Assembly: GCA_007693535.1 (NCBI GenBank)
Contig: REDK01000159.1
Span: 12,047-76,046, forward strand
Source: Chromatiaceae bacterium
GTDB lineage: Bacteria > Pseudomonadota > Gammaproteobacteria > Chromatiales > Chromatiaceae
Length of the DNA: 64,000 nucleotides
Direction of reading: 5' to 3'
Positions 38,365 through 47,466 of the stretch are shown here, piece by piece. Numbering within the stretch: the first letter of the stretch is position 1; the number at the start of each line of letters is the position of its first letter. Below the pieces are notes generated by a model. It searched no databases. It was not told where the DNA came from and worked only from the letters and a program-made list of their open reading frames with translations. A program made the position numbers and the translations under genes.

Positions 38365-40257
38365 ATGTGCGGTATCGCCGGACTGCTGTGCTGGCAACAA
38401 ACAGCCGATCGGACGATCGTCCAGGCGATGATCGATCGCCAGATTCACCGCGGACCCGACGCCGGCGGCATCGAGGCCCTCGGTCCATTGGTGCTGGGGC
38501 ACCGGCGGCTGGCGATCATCGATGTCACCCCGGAGAACGACCAACCGCTGTGCGATCGGCAGGGCGACCTCACCATCGTCTTCAATGGCGAGATCTACAA
38601 CTTTCGCGAGCTGCGTGCCGAACTGCAGGCGGCCGGCGCACTGTTTCGTACCCGCGGCGATACCGAGGTGATTCTGGAGGCCTATCGCGCCTGGGGCACG
38701 GGCTGCCTGGAGCGCTTCAACGGCATGTTTGCGTTCGCCCTGTGGGATGCCCGTGAGCAGCAATTGTTCCTGGCGCGCGATCGAGTTGGCGAGAAGCCCC
38801 TGTTCTATGCCCAGCTCGCCGATGCTGGCCTGGCCTTCGCATCGGAGCCGCGGGCATTGCGTGCGCACCCAGCGGTCGGCGGGACTGTCGATCCGATTGG
38901 TCTCGCGCATTATTTGACGCTCAATTATAGCATCGGCGAGCACAGCCTATTGGCTGGGGTCCGTCGCTTACCCCCTGGGCATTATCTCATTGCCCGCCGG
39001 GGTCATCCCCCGCGAGAATATCGTTACTGGGATCTGGCGGCCTGTTTTCGTGCCAAACGCCGGTTTGCATCGATCCAGGCCGCCGCCGAGGAACTAACCG
39101 ACCTGATCGACGACGCGGTGCGCATGCGCCTGGTCAGCGACGTTCCGTTGGGGGCCTTCCTCAGCGGTGGAGTCGACTCTTCCGCGGTCGCCGCGGCTAT
39201 GGCCAAGGCAGTCCCAGCCGAGCAGGTGCAGACCTTCAGCGTCGGCTTTGGTGTGCCGACCTTCGACGAGGTGGAGACCGCCAGGGCGGTTGCCGATCAT
39301 CTGGGTCTCGATCATCAGGATCGCATCGTTGCTGCCGATGCCCCGACGCTGATCCAGGCATTGATCGCCGCCGCGGACGAACCCCTGGCCGATACCTCAG
39401 TCTTGCCGACGTGGCGATTGGCCGCCTTTGCCCGCGAACAGGTCAGCGTCGTGCTTTCCGGTGACGGTGCCGACGAGTGCTTTGCCGGCTACGAGACCTA
39501 CCTCGCAGACCGTCTCCACCAGACGCTGCGCTGGCTCCCCGCCGGGGCTGCCAGCGGCCTGTTCAGGCTGGCCGATCGGCTGCTGCCGGTGCGCTTCTCG
39601 AAGGTCAGCCTCGACTACAAGCTGCGCCGCTTCCTGGCCGAACTGCACCGCCCCCTGCCGCGCGCCCATGCCGCCTGGCGCGACATCTTTTCGGCACACG
39701 ACCGCCTGGCGCTGGTCCAGCCGCAATGGCAGGCATTATTCGCGGAGCCCGAGGCCGATCCCTTCGCGCAGTTCGCCCCCCATTACGCCGAAGTGGCCGA
39801 TTGCCATTGGCTCGATCAAGTCAGCTACGTAGACATCAAGACCTGGCTCGCCGACGACATCCTAGTCAAGGTCGATCGCACCACCATGGCCCATTCCCTA
39901 GAGGCCCGTGCACCGCTGCTCGATCACCGCTTGGTGGAATTCGCGGCAGCACTGCCGGTCGATTGGCGGCTGCGCGGCCTGCGCACCAAGCATATCCTGA
40001 AACACAGCCAGCGCCAACGTCTGCCGCGGTGGGTACTGAACGGTAGAAAACGCGGATTCAATGCGCCCGTCACCCATTGGTTGAGCGGACCGCTGCGGGA
40101 ATTCGCCGGGGATACCCTGGCGCTGCCGCGATTGCATGAATGGGTTCGTCCCGAGGCGATCGTCAGGCTGTGGGCCGAGCAGGACGCTGGTCGCCGGGAT
40201 CATGGCCTCAAACTCTTCGGGTTGCTCTGTCTGGCGCTGTGGCTCGATACACTGTGA
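38365..40257 (+). CDS. Asparagine synthase-type glutamine amidotransferase (AsnB family), copy 3
   Basis: ATG 38365 is preceded by GAGGAAG (38352-58). The protein starts MCGIAGLL. PP-loop is SGGVDSS. The 85-codon upstream extension in the track was rejected. Confidence 0.9.
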   Translation: MCGIAGLLCWQQTADRTIVQAMIDRQIHRGPDAGGIEALGPLVLGHRRLAIIDVTPENDQPLCDRQGDLTIVFNGEIYNFRELRAELQAAGALFRTRGDTEVILEAYRAWGTGCLERFNGMFAFALWDAREQQLFLARDRVGEKPLFYAQLADAGLAFASEPRALRAHPAVGGTVDPIGLAHYLTLNYSIGEHSLLAGVRRLPPGHYLIARRGHPPREYRYWDLAACFRAKRRFASIQAAAEELTDLIDDAVRMRLVSDVPLGAFLSGGVDSSAVAAAMAKAVPAEQVQTFSVGFGVPTFDEVETARAVADHLGLDHQDRIVAADAPTLIQALIAAADEPLADTSVLPTWRLAAFAREQVSVVLSGDGADECFAGYETYLADRLHQTLRWLPAGAASGLFRLADRLLPVRFSKVSLDYKLRRFLAELHRPLPRAHAAWRDIFSAHDRLALVQPQWQALFAEPEADPFAQFAPHYAEVADCHWLDQVSYVDIKTWLADDILVKVDRTTMAHSLEARAPLLDHRLVEFAAALPVDWRLRGLRTKHILKHSQRQRLPRWVLNGRKRGFNAPVTHWLSGPLREFAGDTLALPRLHEWVRPEAIVRLWAEQDAGRRDHGLKLFGLLCLALWLDTL

Positions 40258-40297
40258 GCCTGGCAATCTGATCCCCGAAATCTGAATCCTGGCACCG

Positions 40298-42196
40298 ATG
40301 ACCGCTGCACCGCGATCGCCAACCGCGGCGCGCAAGCGCCGCTTCGCATGGCCATCCGTGCCCGGCCGCCCGCAGCATGGGTTTGCGGCGCCTACCCGGC
40401 CGCTGTCGGTCCGTCTCCAGCGCGTGTTGCTGAGGATCGCGATGTTGGCCTTAGGCATCCTGGGTGGGACCGCGCTCCTGCGGCCAGATGGCACCAGGAT
40501 CATTGCGCCGGATCAGATGCGCGCCGAGGAGGGCCACGCCTATGTCGTCCCGCTGAATCGCCTCTACCGCTGTCCCTATCGCGTGCGTCCGTTCGAACAG
40601 AGCCGGGACCGCACGTCCTCCCTGCAGGTCACCGAGGCGGGCCGGCCCCTCGGCCCTGGCGATGCCCCTCACATCGAGATCCGTGCCGCCGGCGGTGGGG
40701 CCTTCAGCCACTGGGGGAATACGCTCTATTTCTCGACGACGGACCAGAGCGATCCCCGCAGCAATGGCCAGTTCTATGCGGTGTCCGCACCGATCGAGAT
40801 GCATCCGCTCTGGCTTTGGGGCTGGGTTGCGATGGGTGGCACGGCACTACTCGGCGCCTGGACCGCTGGCGGCCGCCAACCACTCGACGCGATCGGCAGA
40901 GTCAAACGACTGCTCTGGGGGCTGGCCACGGTCGCCGCGGTGCTGACGCTTGCGGCACTGCTCCTACAGGTTGCCCCGATCCGCGGGACATCGCAACTGC
41001 GCGGGGAGCAGTGGTCGCAACTGGAAAGCAATGTCTATTATCGGCCGCTGCCCTATATCTTGGCGCCCTTCATCGAATTGGACAGCCATGCGCTACGCCT
41101 TGAGTACGACGGCAAGCGTATCGCTTGTCATTCTGGCGCCCACGCCAACATCACGGGGGCAATCGGTTGCGCCTACGACGGCATTCATCTCTATTTGGCG
41201 GTGGGGGATGCACAGGTCCTGGCACAACCCGAGCAGCCGACGACGATCTCCTATCCCATCCGCGTACACCCTGCTCTGACCGCGGGGTTTGCTCTCCTCG
41301 CACTGCTGCTTGGTCTGCTCGCGCGGCGACCGCGTCTGCGGGATGCGCGCTTGGTCATCGGCACGGCCTTGGGCGTTATAGGCCTGCTGTTGCTTGCCGC
41401 AAACGTCTATGGCCTTAGCCAGCCGTTGCGGCACCCACGGCTGCACGAGACTGCCGGGGCCTTCGATCCAATCGATCTCACATTGGACTACCGAGCCGCA
41501 CTTGAGCGATTGCGCCGAGGCCCCGGCGAGGATGCTGAGACCTATGTTGAACGGGCGACGCTCGCGGTTGCCGATGGTGTCCTGCACCGCTGGCAGCAGC
41601 CAGACTTCGATGCCTACCGCATCCATATCCCCATCTGGGAGAATTGGGTATTGCATTTGCTTGGCCTCATCGATCCGCAATTGCGCGCCTATATCTTCTG
41701 GGATCATCACCGTGGCTTGGAGCGCGGTATCGGTGAATGCGGTCATTTCGCCTCGATCCTGGTGGGCTTTCTGCGTGCGGCCGGCATCGATGCCCGGATG
41801 GTGACGCTGCAGGGCCATGTGATCGTCACCGCCGAGGTCGGCGACGGGCGCTGGCACCTGCTCGACCCGGATCTGGGCGTGGTGATTCCAACCGAGCTGG
41901 ACGATGCAGTTGCGCAGCCCGCGTTGCTCGCAGCGGCCTATGCTGAGCGCCTGCGGGGGACCGCCATGACCGCTGCGCAGCAGGCAGCCTTCGCGCGGCG
42001 CTTGGTCGGCTATTATCTCGACCACGAAAGTAACCGGATCGACCCTACTGGGCGCCTGTCCTACTATGTTGGGATGGCATCGCCGGCCCAGCGGTATGGC
42101 GAGCGCGAGACCCTGGCCTATCGATTGAAATGGGCCTTGCCTGTGCTATTGGTTTGGCTCGGCGTACTGCTGACCGGTCGCAGCCGTGCAAGATGA
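40298..42196 (+). CDS. Membrane protein with N-terminal domain shared with 22486..24516 and a C-terminal transglutaminase-like Cys-His-Asp core
   Basis: Shared domain: LQVTEAGRPLGPGDAPHIEIRAAGGGAFSHWGNTLYFSTTDQSDPRSNGQFY. TM helices are present. The transglutaminase-like core is GECGHFASILVGFLRAAGIDARMVTLQGHVIVTAEVGDGRWHLLDPD (about nt 41730-41880). The start is uncertain. Confidence 0.6.
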   Translation: MTAAPRSPTAARKRRFAWPSVPGRPQHGFAAPTRPLSVRLQRVLLRIAMLALGILGGTALLRPDGTRIIAPDQMRAEEGHAYVVPLNRLYRCPYRVRPFEQSRDRTSSLQVTEAGRPLGPGDAPHIEIRAAGGGAFSHWGNTLYFSTTDQSDPRSNGQFYAVSAPIEMHPLWLWGWVAMGGTALLGAWTAGGRQPLDAIGRVKRLLWGLATVAAVLTLAALLLQVAPIRGTSQLRGEQWSQLESNVYYRPLPYILAPFIELDSHALRLEYDGKRIACHSGAHANITGAIGCAYDGIHLYLAVGDAQVLAQPEQPTTISYPIRVHPALTAGFALLALLLGLLARRPRLRDARLVIGTALGVIGLLLLAANVYGLSQPLRHPRLHETAGAFDPIDLTLDYRAALERLRRGPGEDAETYVERATLAVADGVLHRWQQPDFDAYRIHIPIWENWVLHLLGLIDPQLRAYIFWDHHRGLERGIGECGHFASILVGFLRAAGIDARMVTLQGHVIVTAEVGDGRWHLLDPDLGVVIPTELDDAVAQPALLAAAYAERLRGTAMTAAQQAAFARRLVGYYLDHESNRIDPTGRLSYYVGMASPAQRYGERETLAYRLKWALPVLLVWLGVLLTGRSRAR

Positions 42197-42357
42197 ACTC
42201 GCCTCCAGCCCAAGTCGAGCGAGGTGCATCGCAGAAGGCGCAGACGACGGGGAAGCAGGCACCGCGCTTGATCGGCGCTCCAGCCATCATCGTGCTCTGG
42301 CTACGGCGTTGAGGCCCCGCGCTGGCTGACTCGTCGTGCTCGGGGCGACGGGTGGCC

Positions 42358-45300
42358 TCACGCTAGCGGCCAACCGGGCATTGTGTTCAGGCCCGCGCGT
42401 GACGCGGCGTCGCGCAGGGCGGCGCGCAGGTCTTGGTGGCGCTCAAGCCAGGCGGCCATGGCGGTTCTCGCCGCGGGGTGTGCCGGGGCCAATTGCAACG
42501 CGCGCATGAGTTGGTCGACCGGGAAGCACTTGCGTCGGGTATCGATGACCTCCTCGGTGCGCACCAGCGCAAGCAGGTAGAGCAGCCGCAGCAGTGCGGC
42601 GTGCCGTTCAGCGTCGTGACCGCCAGGGAATTGCCCCCAGCCGCGATCAAACAACAAAATCCGTTCGGCAATCAGCAGATTGGCTCGCGGGTCGGCGATG
42701 AGTGCTGCCAGTGGTTGCGCCAGTGCGAACGCCGAACCGGCGATGAGGCGACCAAGGTGGATCGCGAAGTCGCTGTCGTGGGCATGGCTGTTGCCGAGTA
42801 ATGCGGCCGCCACCGCGGTTGGCATCCGGTAGGGGCGCGGTTGCGCCTGGCAGCGGTCGGGCACGAGCAGCGCGAAGAAGCTGATGGTGAAGCAGACCGA
42901 TGCATCGATCTGTGCGCGGACGCTCGGCGGGGCATCGCCATCGCCGCAGACTTCGGCAAGCGCAGCCAGCGCCTCGTTGGTTGCCGCCGCGGGCGGTGCC
43001 GCATCGGCCCCGCCGGCTCGCGGCGCCTGGAACCAGGGACCGGGCCGATCGCCGAAGAGTCGCGCCAGTTGGTTCCGCCCTGCCAATTGGTACCGCGGCT
43101 CTCGGCCTTCCCACAACCGCAGCCAACAGCGGGCCGCGCCAATGCCCAGTATGCAGCGCACGCGCCGCTTGGTCTCCGCGGTTGGCATGGTGATCTCCAG
43201 GGCCTGGTAGAGGCCGCGGTCGACAGCCCCCCGCCCGACTCCAAGGATGCTTGCCAACGCCCGGTCGCGTTCGAAGGGGGGCGTTAGGCCACCAAAATAG
43301 GCGCAACGCGGAAAGCCGAGCCGCCGGGCCAGCGCCCGTCGGATGGGCCGATCATGCCGGGTCAAGCGTTCATCCAAGTGGCAGCCGGACGGGTCGACAC
43401 CTGCCCAGGCGAGGAGGCAATGGGCGAGACTCAGGCCCAGCCGGTCGGCCGCCTGGAGCACCTGCACCTCGCTTGAGCGGCCCTGGGCGAGCAGCCAGTC
43501 GAGCCAATCGAACAGGTCGGTGACCGCCGCGACCGGCACGACCTCGGCGGCCAGCAGGCGGTCCAGCAGGACCCAGGCCAGATTGCCGATGCGGACGCGG
43601 ACGCGGACAGGGGCAGCGATCGGATTCTTGCCGACGCCCGTGGCCGACTTGCCGATGCGCTGGGTCAAGACCCGCACGGTCCGTTCGGCCAGCAGAGCGG
43701 GCGCCGCGCGGGGGTCCACGAGGGCGGCGTGCAGGCGCCGGTTGCAGGCCGTGGCCAGGGCCAGGCTGGGGATGCCGGCCGCCGCAGGCGGTGCCAGTGC
43801 CCGCAGATCCGGCAGTGCCACAAGCAGGTCCGCGGCAACCGCTACCGGGTCGGCGGCGGCCGGGACAATCGCGTCAAGGCAGGCGGCGAACAGGGCCGTG
43901 GCCGCGTGCTCGGCCTGGGTCAGATCGGCCTCGCCCCGGATGACCGCGTTGTAGCTGGGCTGTGCATACCGGTGCAACCAACGGAGCGCCCGCGTTGGCG
44001 GCAGGCCGCGCAGCAAACCGATCACCCCACCGCGCCAGACCGTTGACTCGGGGTCGCGGTCGCTGTCCGGGGCCAGCGCCCATTGCCAGTAGGCGCCGAG
44101 CAGCGCCTGCAGATGGCCCTTGGGATCGGCGCCGATGCGCGCAACGATTGCTGCCCGGTCATGGGCGAGGGACGAGGAGGCAGCGGCGACCCGGGCCGCG
44201 GCGGCGAACAGGTCTGGCGACCGGTCTGAAGCCCGGGCGGGCGGGCGGTCCAGTGCCGCTGCCGCGGTGCACTGTTGCAGGTGGGTTGCGATCAGCAGCG
44301 TGCCGACCAGTGCCTGCACCGCGTCCACCCAGGCCGGCGCATCGTCGGCGCGGGGAGTGAGGAGGCCCGGCTGTGCCGCGGCCAGGTCCAGCACGCTCGC
44401 CGGCCAGCGGATCAGCAGCCGCGGGGCATGCTGGCGCAGCGCCCGCAACCGCTGCTTCACTGCCGCGGCGGCGAGGATCGGCGCCACCAGTTCGGCGGTC
44501 GCGGGCGACTCGGCGCGGGCGCGGGCGACGGTGGTCACCAGCGCCCGCAACTCGGCAAAATCCCGCAGTTCGCCGAGCCGCGGCGCGGCTGCCTGTGGCC
44601 GCGCCCGATCAGCGCGCCGCTTGGTCAGGGGCCAGGCGACCAGCCGGTCGTCGGCCAACTGCGGCGCGGCATCGAGCAGCGGCGAGGCGGTCAATGCCGA
44701 CCAGCGCAAGGCTGCCCGCCCGCCGCGCTCGGCGACCTGCCACCAGGCGCGCGACCAGAAATCGACCTGCGCCTGGAGCGCCGCGTTCGGCGCCGTGCCG
44801 GGCAGATCGATCAGGGTCGCGAGGCGCCACAGCGCGCGGCCGAGCGCGCCGGGCGGGTCCGCGCCAGCGGCGTGGATCTGCTCGATCAGGGCGCTGAGCC
44901 AGTGCGCACCGGTCGCCCGCTGATGCAGCGCCGGGCGCGCTGGGCAATCCGGCAGCGCCCCCTGTAACCAGGTCACCAGTGCTGGCACCGAGCGCGCGGC
45001 GATGGCCTGATCGCAGGCTCCGGCGAAGTGCTGGCGCAGGCGGTCGGGCGCGATCGCGGCCGCGCCGGGGGCGGCCGCGAGGTCCCCCAGCAGCCGGTGC
45101 AGTTCATCACCGAAGCCGGCGCCGTCAGCGTCGCCCTCCGCGCGGGACCCGACCTGCTCGGCCCAGCAGCCTTGCCAATCCAACACCGAGAGCGGGGACG
45201 CGGCTCGGGCGGCCTGCCAGCCGGCGGCGACTTGCTCGAACAGCCCGGGCGCGGCCGCCGTAAGCGGCGCGGCATCAGGCAGATATTGCAGCGCAAACGG

Positions 45301-46011
45301 CCCGAGCGGCCGACTGAAACCGGCCGCGGCGCTGAGATAGATGCGCAACGGCACCGGCAGCAGCGCAGCGACGCAACTCAGCGCGGTCAGAAAGGTGTCC
45401 GGTGAATCGATCCGATCGGCGGCCCCGATCAGGAGCCGGGCGTTGGCATCCTCAAGCGCAGTGAGCAACCGCCACAGCAGGGTGCGCGGGGGTGGCAGCG
45501 GGTCCTGTTCGCAGCGCGGCGGCGGCAGTGCGGCGGGATCGAACCGCTCCATCGGGACCGGCGCGCCGGCAGCGAAGCGCGCGTAGTCGGTCTGGGTATC
45601 GGGTTCGGCACGCAGCCAGGCAGTGGCATGGGCGAGCAGCCGCGGGGCGGCAGGGTTCCAGACCGACTCCGGGAAGACCAGCGTCAGCAGTTGGGTATGG
45701 GTGCGCCCCGGGCCGCCCTCCCCGGCCTCGGGGCGCGCCCGCACGCAACTGGCGAGCATGTAGCGTTGCCCGTCGGCGGCTGCTGGCCAGAACCAGATGG
45801 CCCCGTCGCGCTCGCGCCCGGGATGGACCAGCGCCTGGATCGACTGATTGTCGAGCAATTGCCCCGGCCGGCACAGCGGCAGCAGGGCCGGCGGCAGGCC
45901 GGCGCTGATCCGGGTCGGGCGATGCTCGAAGCCCGGCGCGACCGGGCCGCCGGGGATCGCGCAGACCTTCCCGTGGACGAAACGGAAGGCCTCGATCGCC
46001 GGGGAGTTCAC
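42358..46011 (-). CDS. Hypothetical 1217-aa protein: small N-terminal alpha/beta-looking domain plus more than 1000 aa of Ala/Leu/Arg-rich sequence, presumably helical
   Basis: Uninterrupted 3.65-kb ORF with G/C-dominated third positions. The GTG start at 46011 overlaps the stop of the upstream micro-ORF (GTGA). N-terminus is FRFVHGKVCAIPGG…GFEHRPTRISAGL…RYMLASCVRARPEAGEGGPGRTHTQLLTLVFPE. No nucleotide-binding or catalytic motif was recognised. Confidence 0.75.
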   Translation of the reverse strand: MNSPAIEAFRFVHGKVCAIPGGPVAPGFEHRPTRISAGLPPALLPLCRPGQLLDNQSIQALVHPGRERDGAIWFWPAAADGQRYMLASCVRARPEAGEGGPGRTHTQLLTLVFPESVWNPAAPRLLAHATAWLRAEPDTQTDYARFAAGAPVPMERFDPAALPPPRCEQDPLPPPRTLLWRLLTALEDANARLLIGAADRIDSPDTFLTALSCVAALLPVPLRIYLSAAAGFSRPLGPFALQYLPDAAPLTAAAPGLFEQVAAGWQAARAASPLSVLDWQGCWAEQVGSRAEGDADGAGFGDELHRLLGDLAAAPGAAAIAPDRLRQHFAGACDQAIAARSVPALVTWLQGALPDCPARPALHQRATGAHWLSALIEQIHAAGADPPGALGRALWRLATLIDLPGTAPNAALQAQVDFWSRAWWQVAERGGRAALRWSALTASPLLDAAPQLADDRLVAWPLTKRRADRARPQAAAPRLGELRDFAELRALVTTVARARAESPATAELVAPILAAAAVKQRLRALRQHAPRLLIRWPASVLDLAAAQPGLLTPRADDAPAWVDAVQALVGTLLIATHLQQCTAAAALDRPPARASDRSPDLFAAAARVAAASSSLAHDRAAIVARIGADPKGHLQALLGAYWQWALAPDSDRDPESTVWRGGVIGLLRGLPPTRALRWLHRYAQPSYNAVIRGEADLTQAEHAATALFAACLDAIVPAAADPVAVAADLLVALPDLRALAPPAAAGIPSLALATACNRRLHAALVDPRAAPALLAERTVRVLTQRIGKSATGVGKNPIAAPVRVRVRIGNLAWVLLDRLLAAEVVPVAAVTDLFDWLDWLLAQGRSSEVQVLQAADRLGLSLAHCLLAWAGVDPSGCHLDERLTRHDRPIRRALARRLGFPRCAYFGGLTPPFERDRALASILGVGRGAVDRGLYQALEITMPTAETKRRVRCILGIGAARCWLRLWEGREPRYQLAGRNQLARLFGDRPGPWFQAPRAGGADAAPPAAATNEALAALAEVCGDGDAPPSVRAQIDASVCFTISFFALLVPDRCQAQPRPYRMPTAVAAALLGNSHAHDSDFAIHLGRLIAGSAFALAQPLAALIADPRANLLIAERILLFDRGWGQFPGGHDAERHAALLRLLYLLALVRTEEVIDTRRKCFPVDQLMRALQLAPAHPAARTAMAAWLERHQDLRAALRDAASRAGLNTMPGWPLA

Positions 46012-46088
46012 GGTCGCCGGGCCACGCTCAGGGCCAATGCCAAGGCCAACATCGGGACCAACATCGGGGTCAACATGAGGGTCAGCAT
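46008..46088 (-). CDS. Candidate 26-codon hydrophobic micro-ORF bridging the GTPase-like gene and the 1217-aa gene
   Basis: MLTLMLTPMLVPMLALALALSVARRP. Its ATG overlaps the GTPase-like gene's stop (TAATG) and its TGA overlaps the downstream GTG start (GTGA). It is built from the 12-bp repeat array. Confidence 0.3.
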   Translation of the reverse strand: MLTLMLTPMLVPMLALALALSVARRP

Positions 46089-46102
46089 TAGGGCCACAAT
46101 TC
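46029..46102. repeat. Imperfect 12-bp tandem array, about 6 units
   Basis: Coding-strand units are ATGCTGACCCTC / ATGTTGACCCCG / ATGTTGGTCCCG / ATGTTGGCCTTG / GCATTGGCCCTG, plus a degenerate unit inside the upstream gene's 3' end. Confidence 0.75.
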
Positions 46103-47308
46103 GTCGTAACGATGAATTAGTGTGCCGCGCCGATCGCGGCAGCCGGTGGCAATGAAGATGAACGGGTCGAGGGTCAGGAACGGTTGCCACCAGCGCTGGC
46201 GGACCTGGTCCGGATCGTAGTGCCCGGGGGCATCGGGGTTCGGCTGGGGACGCGTCAGCAGCGTATCGGCGCGCTCGCCGCCCGCCGCGGTCGGGGCGAG
46301 ATTGGCACCGCCATTGGCGGGGACAAAGCCGAAGGTCGAGACCGGCACGCACCAGACGGTGCGGCCGTGTCGGGGATCGTGGAACTGGCCCAGGGCATTG
46401 TTGACAGCGGCCAGGTGGTCGGTGAGCGCGTGCGCCATCTCGGCGCGCGCCCGCTCGCGCCGGGCCAGTTCGCGGTAGGCATGGCGCCCGGCCGCAACGC
46501 CCTGCTTCTCGTACATGGTGAAGCAGATCAGCAGCCGGCGCAGGGCCGGCTGATGGATGAAACCGTGGATGTATTCCTTGAGTGCCTGCTCTTGATCGGG
46601 GCGAATCCAGCGCGACAGCGGCAGACAGATCAGCAGGGTGTCGCAGTTGGCCAGGGCCTCGCTCAGCAGCGCCCGGCAACGCTGGAAGCCCGGATCGGTG
46701 GGGGCCAGGTCCTCTACCAGCAGACCGCCGACGCCATCGAAGGCGCTGACACTGGTGAGCGAGAGGACGCGGGCACCTTGCTGTCGACGCAGGTAAAGGC
46801 GAAACCCAGGACGCAGGCAAGTCCCAAGATCGGAGGCATCGAGGCTCAGCCCGCGCGGCAGATAGCGATCGAGCCAGCGGTTGAGCTGGATGAAGTCCGG
46901 GTTGCGGTCGGCAATGGTCGCGTTATAACGCCCGGCGTAGGAATGGCCGCGGGCATCGGCGCAACGATCGAGCGACATCAGGAACAGGGTCTTGCCGGCG
47001 GCGCTCGGGCCGATCACCACGCACCGACTGACTGCAGTGCGCCTGGCTAGTGCGCCGCGGCGCAGTCGGGCAACCGCCCGCCGCCACCAGGACGGACGGC
47101 CCGCCACTGAACCGGTGCCGGTCTCCCCGCCGGGCCCCGGCTCGAACCCCGCATCCGAGTCCGAGTCCGGTGCTGGTGCCGGCCCTACTGCCGCGTCGGC
47201 GGCGGCGGGTCGCTGCGCAGCCCCGGCGGCTGGCCCCAGGCCCGTGGCCGGATCGCTGTCGAGGTCCAGATCGAGGTCGAGAGCAGGCTCGACGCGTCGC
47301 TCGGTCAT
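46088..47308 (-). CDS. P-loop NTPase, GTPase-like, with a disordered acidic/Pro-Ala-rich N-terminus
   Basis: Walker A/G1 is VVIGPSAAGKT (nt 46988-47011). A DxxG-type G3 candidate is SAFDGVGG. A possible degenerate G4 is ICFTMYEK and a possible G5 is CVPVSTFG. The first roughly 95 aa are low complexity (DLDLDLDSD, PAPAPDSDSD). First gene of the minus arm. Confidence 0.7.
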   Translation of the reverse strand: MTERRVEPALDLDLDLDSDPATGLGPAAGAAQRPAAADAAVGPAPAPDSDSDAGFEPGPGGETGTGSVAGRPSWWRRAVARLRRGALARRTAVSRCVVIGPSAAGKTLFLMSLDRCADARGHSYAGRYNATIADRNPDFIQLNRWLDRYLPRGLSLDASDLGTCLRPGFRLYLRRQQGARVLSLTSVSAFDGVGGLLVEDLAPTDPGFQRCRALLSEALANCDTLLICLPLSRWIRPDQEQALKEYIHGFIHQPALRRLLICFTMYEKQGVAAGRHAYRELARRERARAEMAHALTDHLAAVNNALGQFHDPRHGRTVWCVPVSTFGFVPANGGANLAPTAAGGERADTLLTRPQPNPDAPGHYDPDQVRQRWWQPFLTLDPFIFIATGCRDRRGTLIHRYDELWP

Positions 47309-47466
47309 GATTGCCGTCCGGGTTGCAGTTGCTCGCTCGTCAGTTGCCAGGCCTTTGGTATTGTACGGGTCGCAGCGCCGGCCGGTTGGCGTCGGCCTCT
47401 CGTGAGGCTGGGGACCGGGGTCGGCGCAGGAATCCGAACTGATCGACGGAGGAGGTGGTCGCGTTG
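47309..47466. promoter_or_regulatory. Divergent control region between the two arms of the five-gene cluster
   Basis: 158-nt gap between divergent starts. A strong SD, GGAGGAGG (47448-55), lies 11 nt before ATG 47467. No confident -35/-10 pair was identified. Confidence 0.35.

Noticed and set aside
41093-42025. 310-aa minus-strand ORF antisense to the transglutaminase-like gene
   Set aside because: The plus-strand frame contains the Cys-His-Asp core and TM helices. The antisense ORF has no motifs.
46029-46102. Possible CRISPR-like array
   Set aside because: The units are 12 bp and contiguous without spacers, and no cas genes are present. It is a simple tandem repeat.
46008-46820. 270-aa minus-strand ORF overlapping the GTPase-like gene
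   Set aside because: It is out of frame with the P-loop gene and Arg/Pro-rich. Only its last 26 codons, which lie in the intergenic repeat, are retained as a candidate micro-ORF.
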